A DNA stretch of 64,000 bases, taken from positions 42,915 through 106,914 of the IMG/VR virus record IMGVR_UViG_3300037454_000334. The stretch is one strand, 5' to 3'. Origin of the DNA: a virus (Duplodnaviria > Caudoviricetes). Position numbers and translations under genes: made by a program. Positions 49,568 to 57,950 of the stretch are shown here, piece by piece. Below the pieces are notes generated by a model that was not told the DNA's origin, did no database searches, and saw nothing but the letters and a program-made list of their open reading frames with translations. Position 1 is the stretch's first letter; every line of letters begins with the position of its first letter.

Positions 49568-51133
49568 TTAACTCTTCGCCGCTCTGCAAATCGCTGACAT
49601 CGCCGAGCCGACCAGACGACCCTGCAACACATCGCTCGTCCAGTGGTAGCGCGACACGCTTCTGTTTAGCGAGAAACTGTTCGCCGCTTTCAGGATCTTA
49701 TCAGACCTGTACGGGTACGCCTCCATCAGCATCATTGCTGCGCACGTGATACCGCCGCTATGGCCACTCGGGTAAGAGTTCGCAAAGAGATTCCGCTTCT
49801 GCATCTCCTCATACTGTTCGGGCGACGAACACTCCTGCGGCTTCACCCAAACACCATTCTCGTCGTAGTAACCCGTCGGGCACCCGTCGCCGTCCTCAAT
49901 CACGAAGTTCGCCAAGGCATTCTCGCGGTCGTCCGTCTGCGAATGTTTCGTAGCCTCCTGCGTCCACGAGCACCCAGGGCGCAACCTTCCATACTCGATA
50001 GGCCCATACGCCGAGTTTGCATGCTGCAGGATACCACGCGCATTACTGCCAGCCGTCTTCGCCCATGCCACCGACTGAGCCAGCTCACACTCAGGGTCAA
50101 TCCTCATATCAATCGTCTCCTGACCGAACACCGCATGGAAATCATACAACCCACCGACATCGCGACGGTCATCGCCATACAGATGGTGCTCATCCCACTC
50201 CTTGTCAGCCACTGCCTGCACCGCCAGCTGCCCCGGCAGATTCGAGCGCGACACAATCACCTCGTGGATCTTCATGTCCATCGCCAGACAACCGTTCGAT
50301 ACCTTCTCGTCGGTGAACGTCCCTCGCAGCTGACTGCGGTCCTGATAGCCCGGCGCATACGGCCCAGGAGCCGACACCATAAACCGTCTGAAGTCGATAT
50401 AGAACCCATCGTCAGCCACATTGTAACGACTCTCCTGGTCAACGATGTCCTCCAGCGTCCGGTCGTACCCCTTGCCGCCAACCTCGCTGCGCATCCTCTC
50501 GATGTCAGGCTTAGCCACGCCGTGCATCACCGCCAGCAGCGAGCCGCCAATCAGTCGCGCCACCGTCGGGTCACTCCTAAACTCATAGCCGAAGATATCA
50601 CTCTCAGCCGAATAGCCGCCCGCCGAGTAGCCGATAGGCATCAGCTCGTTACGCTTCAGCGAACAAAGCTCGCTCAGGTGCAGCGCACACACCCAGCCCA
50701 CCAACGTACTGAACGCAGCGTCCTCGTCGCGCCGACCCTGATAGATGTCCGTAATCGTCGGGAACAGCTCAGGCCGGTAGAGTAGGGGAAGACCCCAACC
50801 CGACTCGCCCTTGTAGAACTGCCGCCAAGCCTCAGTCGCCACCTTCACCAGATAGTCGAACGTCATGCTCTGCTCCGATACGTTGATCACCGGATTAAAC
50901 CTCGTCAGCACCTCGTCGACCACCTCCGACGCCTTCGTCTCAGCAGGGTCAACCTCCGGCTCAGTCTTGGGCTCAGTCACGGGGTCTGGCATTTCTGCTG
51001 CCTCCTCTTTGGGCTCAGCTTTGGGGTCTGACCCCTTTGTGCCCTTCTTCACCTTCGTCCAAACGAACGCCCCGATTCCGACCACCCCCGCGATGGCGAT
51101 CATCGTCAATACAATTTCCAAATCATTCATCAT
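49568..51133 (-). CDS. membrane-anchored PAP2/class A acid phosphatase-like protein
   Basis: RLRP, SYPSGHS, RSVSRYHWTSDV catalytic motifs; N-terminal TM. Confidence 0.8.
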   Translation of the reverse strand: MMNDLEIVLTMIAIAGVVGIGAFVWTKVKKGTKGSDPKAEPKEEAAEMPDPVTEPKTEPEVDPAETKASEVVDEVLTRFNPVINVSEQSMTFDYLVKVATEAWRQFYKGESGWGLPLLYRPELFPTITDIYQGRRDEDAAFSTLVGWVCALHLSELCSLKRNELMPIGYSAGGYSAESDIFGYEFRSDPTVARLIGGSLLAVMHGVAKPDIERMRSEVGGKGYDRTLEDIVDQESRYNVADDGFYIDFRRFMVSAPGPYAPGYQDRSQLRGTFTDEKVSNGCLAMDMKIHEVIVSRSNLPGQLAVQAVADKEWDEHHLYGDDRRDVGGLYDFHAVFGQETIDMRIDPECELAQSVAWAKTAGSNARGILQHANSAYGPIEYGRLRPGCSWTQEATKHSQTDDRENALANFVIEDGDGCPTGYYDENGVWVKPQECSSPEQYEEMQKRNLFANSYPSGHSGGITCAAMMLMEAYPYRSDKILKAANSFSLNRSVSRYHWTSDVLQGRLVGSAMSAICRAAKS

Positions 51134-51147
51134 GTTATTTACGATTT

Positions 51148-51471
51148 TTAATGAGTTACGATTCTTACGCCGTCAATCTCCATAATCAGATAATCCCTCA
51201 CTCTGCGGATCTGTTTCGACTCGACATATTGGATCATCCTTTGCTTGATTTCCGGATAGACCTTCAGGCAGGTGCAGAAGCCCTCCTCCATCTGGCCCTT
51301 ACCCGTAATGTATTTGATATGGAATGGCACACGGCTGACACCCTTCCCGTCCTTCCCGCCAGGTGGATTATAACCACGAGTCGTGACACCAGTCTTCGGA
51401 TCTCGCCACTCGAACTTCTCCGTGAGGTCTCTCACCTCCACCCAGCTTCTTGTTGGTTTCATCTTTGGCAT
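51148..51471 (-). CDS. hypothetical protein
   Basis: Likely start MPKMKP. Confidence 0.6.
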   Translation of the reverse strand: MPKMKPTRSWVEVRDLTEKFEWRDPKTGVTTRGYNPPGGKDGKGVSRVPFHIKYITGKGQMEEGFCTCLKVYPEIKQRMIQYVESKQIRRVRDYLIMEIDGVRIVTH

Positions 51472-51495
51472 AACTTGATTTTGTTTTCTTGATGA

Positions 51496-51565
51496 CAAGG
51501 ACGGTGCAAGTCGAATGCAGACGAAAGCTCGCTTTCAGTATGCTGAGACGCAGCCCGTACTCGCG
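51496..51565. repeat. about 70-bp dispersed repeat, copy 1
   Basis: Aligns with 52702-52769. Confidence 0.75.
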
Positions 51566-51581
51566 CTAAATCTATTTAGCG

Positions 51582-51615
51582 CAAAGATACGGATTTATGT
51601 TTTTCATTTTGGGAC
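51582..51615 (-). promoter_or_regulatory. GTCCCA-N20-TATCTTTG promoter
   Basis: Motif copy upstream of the phosphatase/endolysin operon. Confidence 0.75.
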
Positions 51616-51695
51616 TAAAAATAAAAAAAGATTGCCGATCCTCTCGGACAGGCAACCCTCAATAACAATTTAATTCTATAAAGATATTCATCCAC

Positions 51696-52667
51696 TCACT
51701 CGTCCGATTTGGGACTGAATTTCCATTCGGCCATTCTGCCAATCTCGTCAGAGAACGTCACGCAGTCGTTGTCAACAGTCAGCAGGCCCTCGCCCACGGC
51801 CCTGACAATCACCTCGTCGGCTCTCTCCTGCGCAGTCTTTCCTCCAAAAGGCAGAGCATCCGATGCCACGCTGTAAATCGTTTCAATCGTCACCCGATTA
51901 CATCCAGCCTGCACACGCAGCCTGTAAACATCCTCTATACATTTCGTCCCGTGCTCAATCATGTGTGTGGCCATCATCTCCGCACACATCGCCAATTCCA
52001 GGATCTGATACTCGTAGTATTCATCCCTGACCACTATTGTAGGCCACTCCACGCCCAACTCCCGCCAGTCGCGCATCTGACGCGCCAAGTCCACGACAGG
52101 CTCAGTCGTAGCACCATTGTCGAGCTGTACGAACATGGCAATCCCCTCGTTGATCTCCAGATAATACTCATCCCACGTCCTGTAGCCGTTGTTCTCGTGG
52201 CGATGCTCTATGCGGGCCTTCATATCCTTGAACTCCCCGTCAGCATTACCCTTTGCTATTTCGTCAGCCAACGTGTCGTACTTTAACCCTGTTGAGTCGA
52301 AATAAGCGAAGATGTCTTTCGGGTCGTGGCCATTGTCACCAGAATGATAATCTATCCCGCGCATGATGTTGATGGCCTTCAGTCCAACCTGGTCGCCCTC
52401 GAACCCAAGCGGAAGGATATCACTCTCCATGATGTCGTGATACCCTACGAAGGCATGGTCGGAATCGAGCATCCACCTCTTATCAGGGTTGCGGAACACC
52501 GGCACATGATCGTAACTTACCTTGCCCTCCTTCTCGTCATCCTGATAGATGTTGATGATGTTGCCTATCAGCTGCCCAGCCTGCAGGAACGGACCTTCAC
52601 TCACGTATGTAAAAACCTCAAAAGGCTTCTCCGCCTTGATAAAATGACTTTTGACTAATCGTTTCAT
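51696..52667 (-). CDS. hypothetical protein
   Basis: 323-aa ORF. Confidence 0.7.
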   Translation of the reverse strand: MKRLVKSHFIKAEKPFEVFTYVSEGPFLQAGQLIGNIINIYQDDEKEGKVSYDHVPVFRNPDKRWMLDSDHAFVGYHDIMESDILPLGFEGDQVGLKAINIMRGIDYHSGDNGHDPKDIFAYFDSTGLKYDTLADEIAKGNADGEFKDMKARIEHRHENNGYRTWDEYYLEINEGIAMFVQLDNGATTEPVVDLARQMRDWRELGVEWPTIVVRDEYYEYQILELAMCAEMMATHMIEHGTKCIEDVYRLRVQAGCNRVTIETIYSVASDALPFGGKTAQERADEVIVRAVGEGLLTVDNDCVTFSDEIGRMAEWKFSPKSDE

Positions 52668-52701
52668 AATCTTATTGAATTAAACTATTAATATTCTGGT
52701 G

Positions 52702-52769
52702 CAAGGACGGTGCAAACCGAGTGCAGAATCAAGCTCGCTTGTTATGCCGAGGTGCCGCCCGTTCTCGCG
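52702..52769. repeat. about 70-bp dispersed repeat, copy 2
   Basis: Aligns with 51496-51565. Confidence 0.75.
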
Positions 52770-52971
52770 GTGTGGTTCTCAACCACGGTGCAAATTTACA
52801 AAATAAATCCGTGAAATCCGTGCAATCCGTGTGAAAAAAATTCTGTGATATTTTAAAGTGATTATAAACAGGGTGTATAAAGAGCCGATTAAGCGAGTAC
52901 AAAGCCGAATCGTATTCGGGCTATGTCGAGCGTGAGGCTCTTCGACGGTAGTCAATATATATAAAGGTGAC

Positions 52972-53268
52972 TTAGTTCTCGGCTACCCAGGCGTCGAGGA
53001 TGGCGCCCGTGTTGCGGTCGGTCTGAGTGACGAATGTCGGGTACTTGTCGAAGAGCCAGTGCCACACGTCGCAGACGATTGCGCCGTCTTCCGTACCCGT
53101 CAGGATGGTTTGCCACAAAAGTACGTCCTTCATCAGTCCCGAAAGCAGCGTCATGCGCAGATCGCGCACGGCTGTAATAATGCCGTATATGTTGGTCTGC
53201 TCTCTTAGTATTGGGTTCTGCACCTTGTAGCGCAAATCAGCTATCTCGCTGTAAGTCTTCTTTGCCAT
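52972..53268 (-). CDS. hypothetical protein
   Basis: 98-aa ORF. Confidence 0.55.
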   Translation of the reverse strand: MAKKTYSEIADLRYKVQNPILREQTNIYGIITAVRDLRMTLLSGLMKDVLLWQTILTGTEDGAIVCDVWHWLFDKYPTFVTQTDRNTGAILDAWVAEN

Positions 53269-53314
53269 AATCTTATCTGAATTAAATTGTTAATAATATG
53301 TTCTTATGTTCTTA

Positions 53315-53563
53315 CTACCGAATGGACGCAAGAAATTCGATACTATGGCTCTGCATGATGACAAGCGGGGACATATTCAGAGCCTTGCCAATTTTCAAGG
53401 CCATTCGATCCGTGATATTCTTAGAGCCATTCAGCAGCTTATACAAGTTCATAGGATGGTAGTCAATAGCCTTTGCCAGTTCCTCTACGTCCATGCCCCG
53501 ATATTTCATCACGGCCTCTATCAGTCGTCCCGTCGTCAGGGGCTTTATTTCCTTTGTCGCCAT
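53315..53563 (-). CDS. HigA-like HTH protein
   Basis: ELAKAIDYHPMNLYKLLNGSKNITDRMALKIGKALNMSP. Confidence 0.75.
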   Translation of the reverse strand: MATKEIKPLTTGRLIEAVMKYRGMDVEELAKAIDYHPMNLYKLLNGSKNITDRMALKIGKALNMSPLVIMQSHSIEFLASIR

Positions 53564-53807
53564 AATCTTGTGATTTTAGATGTTCGCTATAATATATATA
53601 AAGGTGTCACGGCCTACTGATATGCAGGGATAGTGAAATCATAAGTGAATACCACGTAGGCCAACGCCAACACCATTAACCAGATAATGATACTTGCAGC
53701 CGTCGGGTGACGGTCCAGCCAAGATGCAAACGGTACGACGTAGCGTAGCTCGTTGCTGTAATCGTTTGAAATGTTCTTTGCCATAATTCCTTAATTTTAG
53801 ATGATTA

Positions 53808-54023
53808 CTATAACGAAGGATCTTCGATAAACTGATTGATAGTCTGGAACACGGCGTAAACGCGATGCTTGGCGCGTTCTACGGCCTCGCGGGCCTCCGT
53901 GTCCGTCACCAGGGCTGCAGCCTGATTGTAGCGTTCCATTTCGTGCAGCAGCGCGTCGCTGAGGATATTAACAACCTCATTTGTCAGCGTGCCCGTGATT
54001 TTCTGATTTTCTATCTTAACCAT
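53808..54023 (-). CDS. hypothetical protein
   Basis: 71-aa ORF. Confidence 0.55.
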   Translation of the reverse strand: MVKIENQKITGTLTNEVVNILSDALLHEMERYNQAAALVTDTEAREAVERAKHRVYAVFQTINQFIEDPSL

Positions 54024-54235
54024 AACTATACTGAATTAAAATTGTTAAACTTAAATTTCCTCAAATATATATTGTTGCTATAAAGCACTGTTTTTTTCTT
54101 CTTAGAAATCAGCGGCACCGTCACGGGAGGCTGATATGATAGATTAATAACTTAAAGATATGTACTTTGTACTTTGTGGCCCGCCGGGGCACCGATCCCC
54201 AGATAGGTCTATAATTCCTGACGGGCCTACCGATA

Positions 54236-54979
54236 TTACTTAAAACCGTACTTATGGGCTATTTCGCCGTTGCCATACCAGGCATCCTCAAAGCTGATAT
54301 TCAGATAGCCCTGATAGATACGGCTGGATCCACGGCGCGCTTTCAGGATGATAGGATTACCGTCTTTGTCCGTTACCTTATTCGGCGCGCCGTTTTCATC
54401 CCAGCACGACCCGTTGGGGCTACCAGCCGTTGCAACCACGGCGCAAAGCATGCCGTCAATAGGTGTACTTTGATAGCCGTTGTAGCCGTTGACAAACGCG
54501 GCGTAGCCGTAGAACGGCGCGCCGTTCAGATAAAGGTGTACCACGGCATCCGACGTGCCGTCGCTGAGCTTTTCTTCAGGTAGTGGCGCCGTTTCATCCC
54601 ACAATCCGTTCCACGGCATTTCTTCTGGGCGCTTGTCGCCACACGTCACGATGTTATGTCGGAACGGCAAAAGCAAATCATTATTGCCAAAGCTGTTAGC
54701 CGTAGAACACAGATAATAGTAACCGTCGCGGCACAGCACGTACACCAGCACGGACACGGTTTTCCTGAATATGGATGCACCAGACCAAATGCCCCACTTC
54801 TTTTCTTGCATTTCATCCTCAGTGCCCCAGTTATCAAACGTCACGACACGGTAAAACTTATTATTCACGTTCAGGATATAGCAAAAGTTATAACCAGGCT
54901 GATTTTTGCCGTTCCTATTTTCGTATCTTACAACGTCTTTGCTTTTGCTCAGATCCGTTATTTCAAAATTCTTCTTCAT
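54236..54979 (-). CDS. hypothetical early protein
   Basis: 247-aa ORF with AT-rich leader. Confidence 0.65.
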   Translation of the reverse strand: MKKNFEITDLSKSKDVVRYENRNGKNQPGYNFCYILNVNNKFYRVVTFDNWGTEDEMQEKKWGIWSGASIFRKTVSVLVYVLCRDGYYYLCSTANSFGNNDLLLPFRHNIVTCGDKRPEEMPWNGLWDETAPLPEEKLSDGTSDAVVHLYLNGAPFYGYAAFVNGYNGYQSTPIDGMLCAVVATAGSPNGSCWDENGAPNKVTDKDGNPIILKARRGSSRIYQGYLNISFEDAWYGNGEIAHKYGFK

Positions 54980-55037
54980 AATCGTAAATGCTTTATTCGT
55001 TAATTCCCTAATTCTAATTTCTCACTATAACGTATAG

Positions 55038-55508
55038 TTACTTTCTGTTTCCAGCCACGTCGCCGTATGTCTTAAACAGCTCATAACTGTTATCCGTTGG
55101 TGACGTTAGGTAACATACCACGGCGTAGCCCTGGGCCACGTATGCTGCAGCAGCCGTGTCGGCATCCTCAGCCGTTAGGTAGTGTTCCTTATCCCAGCTT
55201 TTCTTATCTTTCCAAAGGATGAAATGATAGCGCCCGTATTGCCACTTTCCGTCGCGGAATATAAAGCGCTTGTCGCGCTTGTCAATCCACTTATAGGCGC
55301 TTTTGATACAATCATCCAGCGTGCAGCCGTATTGGCTGTTATACGTGCCGTCGTAGCCGACGGCGTAGCTTTCGCGGAAATTCTTATCGTAGATGAAGAT
55401 GCAGAAATCGCCCTGATCGGTTTTCTTGTCGCGGAAACGTACTGATAGCCCGTGTTCCTTTGCGTATGCTTTCAGCGCGTCGATACTGATAACTATATTC
55501 GTTTTCAT
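55038..55508 (-). CDS. hypothetical early protein
   Basis: 156 aa; conserved leader repeat upstream. Confidence 0.65.
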   Translation of the reverse strand: MKTNIVISIDALKAYAKEHGLSVRFRDKKTDQGDFCIFIYDKNFRESYAVGYDGTYNSQYGCTLDDCIKSAYKWIDKRDKRFIFRDGKWQYGRYHFILWKDKKSWDKEHYLTAEDADTAAAAYVAQGYAVVCYLTSPTDNSYELFKTYGDVAGNRK

Positions 55509-55575
55509 AATTCCTCAATTTTAAAATGTTTCTATAAAGTGTTACTTTCCTCTTTGTTGGGGCTGGGGCTGAAAG

Positions 55576-55932
55576 TTATGCAGCCCAGCGCAATTCCTTT
55601 AATTGGTTTTCAATCAGCACGGCCAAACGTTTTTCTTCATCCGTGAAATAGCTCAGCCAATCCAGACGCGTTTCCCAATCCACAATACCGGTCAATTTGT
55701 CCGTAAAGCTATCATTTCCACCCAGCATCCTGAACAGTTTTTCAGGATTAACGTTCGCGTGGCTATCAGCCGTCACTATCATAACGGGCACGCCCGAAAA
55801 ATTACCGTGGTTATCGTAATCTTTGCGGCGGGCTATAAACAGCGTGCCGTCGCTGTTACGGTACAATACGTCGTAATTGCTATCAACGCCACAAACACAA
55901 GCGCTGTTTACTTTGATAATCGTTGTTTCCAT
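55576..55932 (-). CDS. hypothetical early protein
   Basis: 118 aa; conserved leader repeat upstream. Confidence 0.65.
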   Translation of the reverse strand: METTIIKVNSACVCGVDSNYDVLYRNSDGTLFIARRKDYDNHGNFSGVPVMIVTADSHANVNPEKLFRMLGGNDSFTDKLTGIVDWETRLDWLSYFTDEEKRLAVLIENQLKELRWAA

Positions 55933-55996
55933 AATTCCTCAGTTTTTAATCGTTGCTATAATGTTATTGTTTCCCTATCTTTCCGGGCTGGGGCTG

Positions 55997-56248
55997 TTAG
56001 GCCCAGCGCAAATGTTCGCCCAGATTTGTTTCTTTCAGTACCCACGAAAACCGATCTTGCAGCTGGGCGCGTTCCGTTATCGTGTCGCCGAAATACTGAT
56101 AGTGTGCCACGGCGCGGGCTATCTTCTTATTCTTTGCCATAGCGTATGCAATAGCGTTTGGCGTGTCTATCGTGGTGCCCAGAACGTTTCCACGGGCATC
56201 ATGCAGCGTGCATGTAATTGCAGCGTTAACGCAACCAATTTTCTTCAT
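55997..56248 (-). CDS. hypothetical early protein
   Basis: 83-aa ORF. Confidence 0.6.
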   Translation of the reverse strand: MKKIGCVNAAITCTLHDARGNVLGTTIDTPNAIAYAMAKNKKIARAVAHYQYFGDTITERAQLQDRFSWVLKETNLGEHLRWA

Positions 56249-56309
56249 ATCTATTCAGGATTAAATTGTTAATACTATACTATCTTAATTTCTCAGCACG
56301 TCTATAACG

Positions 56310-56819
56310 TTATTGCTGGGGCTGGGCGTAATAACTTGTGTGACGGCACGGATCCCAGCTATATTCCTGAACGAAATGCACGCTGCATAATCCGTCGCGC
56401 AAACTTTCAATTTTGGCCGTGCATAGAATTCCAGCCGTTCCCGTTATCAATTCGCGGACACGTTTCTTTGCATCCTCAAACGTGGCAAAATACGGCATCC
56501 TGAACACGTCTAACAGTACTTTGCTTTCATATCCCGTCGCGTCGTTATCCACAATCTGAACGGTTAAGAAGAAATTGCTTTTATCCTGGGCATCCTCAGA
56601 AACGCCGATTTCTTGTATCTGATATTCAACAACTGTTTCGCCGTAATGCTGGGCGAAATTGATGAAACACGTGGCGTAATACTTTGCCGTTTCCTCAGTA
56701 CGGAATAGATAGGCCAAATTGATATCTTTTGTTTCGCGGGGCATCCCGGTTGACAAATTTGTATTTTCGTAATATACGGTATTGTTTCCGTCGATACGAT
56801 AAAGAATATACTTTTTCAT
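56310..56819 (-). CDS. hypothetical early protein
   Basis: 169 aa; conserved leader repeat upstream. Confidence 0.65.
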   Translation of the reverse strand: MKKYILYRIDGNNTVYYENTNLSTGMPRETKDINLAYLFRTEETAKYYATCFINFAQHYGETVVEYQIQEIGVSEDAQDKSNFFLTVQIVDNDATGYESKVLLDVFRMPYFATFEDAKKRVRELITGTAGILCTAKIESLRDGLCSVHFVQEYSWDPCRHTSYYAQPQQ

Positions 56820-56860
56820 AATTCCTCAGTTTTAAAATGTTTCTATAATATGTATATGGA

Positions 56861-57178
56861 TTAAAACACGTCGCTAACTTTCAGGCCACACACAAGCTGC
56901 ATGTTAGCAATACGTTCGTTAAGGTATTCCATATTTTCGCCCCAGCTGTTTTCATAATCCAGCATAAGCGCGTTAAGCTCAGTATCATCCGCTAAACAGT
57001 TATCCCGATTGTGGCCGTATTCGCCACGGGCTAACATTTTGACTAAATTCATCCGATCGTCGTCGCCCCAGATATAATAGACCACGGCATCCACGGCATA
57101 CGGATAACGCTGGGCGTCGCCGTTCTTTCTTGTAGCTGCATAAAAATCAGCAGCCGTATTGATATTCTTAATTTTCAT
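56861..57178 (-). CDS. hypothetical early protein
   Basis: 105 aa; conserved leader repeat upstream. Confidence 0.65.
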   Translation of the reverse strand: MKIKNINTAADFYAATRKNGDAQRYPYAVDAVVYYIWGDDDRMNLVKMLARGEYGHNRDNCLADDTELNALMLDYENSWGENMEYLNERIANMQLVCGLKVSDVF

Positions 57179-57236
57179 AATTCCTCAGTTTTTAATCGTT
57201 GCTATAATATATATAAAGGTATATGTGGGCTGGGCG

Positions 57237-57443
57237 TTAATCCAGAATAGTATCAGGCCAAATGCAAGCTATAACGATCCAACGATACCAACGGCCGTTT
57301 TCAAAGTGGTTATCTTTCCAGGCATCCCAAACGCTGCAATCAAAATAGCATTTGTACTGTTTCTTTAATTCAGCACGTTTAGCGGCGGCGGCGGCGCGCG
57401 CGTCGTCTAAATTTTCGTAGTACTTTTCAAAAATCGTTTCCAT
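57237..57443 (-). CDS. hypothetical early protein
   Basis: 68-aa ORF. Confidence 0.55.
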   Translation of the reverse strand: METIFEKYYENLDDARAAAAAKRAELKKQYKCYFDCSVWDAWKDNHFENGRWYRWIVIACIWPDTILD

Positions 57444-57501
57444 AATCTTTAAATTTTAATCTGTTAATACTATATTTCTGTTTCTCTAAATTCCTCAGTT
57501 T

Positions 57502-57873
57502 TCAAACGTTCCTATAATAGACGTTTATTTCCGTTTCCGGGCTGTTATGCAGCACGGCGGCGCGTATTTCATCCAGCAGATCCGCGTCGCTGGGCGTTAA
57601 TACGATATTCGTTATAACAGCGGCGCCCGTGCCCGTGGCTAATTCTATATCTGAATATTGTACCGGGCAAATTTCGTAAATCAGCGGCGCGGCAATTTCT
57701 GTTAATTCATCATCCAGGCATCCAGAATTCAGCCCGTCGACAAAAGTTTTTTGCTGGGCGGCGGCTGTTTCTGTATGAAACGTTTCATCGATCGTAATTT
57801 CAAAGAAATAATACATACTACCACAAACGCGGCGCGTTTCTTTGTCGAAATAGGAAAAATCAACGGTAAACAT
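57502..57873 (-). CDS. acidic hypothetical early protein
   Basis: 123-aa ORF. Confidence 0.6.
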   Translation of the reverse strand: MFTVDFSYFDKETRRVCGSMYYFFEITIDETFHTETAAAQQKTFVDGLNSGCLDDELTEIAAPLIYEICPVQYSDIELATGTGAAVITNIVLTPSDADLLDEIRAAVLHNSPETEINVYYRNV

Positions 57874-57950
57874 AATCTTAATTTTTTAGATAGTCTATAA
57901 CGTGTAATACTGTTTTCTAATTCGCAAAAGCGCTTAATTTCTCAGATAGT

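Noticed and set aside
28573-52833. AATCCGT(G/T) short tandem repeats (28573, 49536, 52805) and the recurrent TATATATAAAGGT motif
   Set aside because: Resemble common Bacteroidales intergenic repeats; no specific function can be argued from this window
55506-57520. Repeated 31-mers as a CRISPR array
   Set aside because: The spacers are whole genes of 300-900 bp, the repeats include start codons, and no cas genes are present
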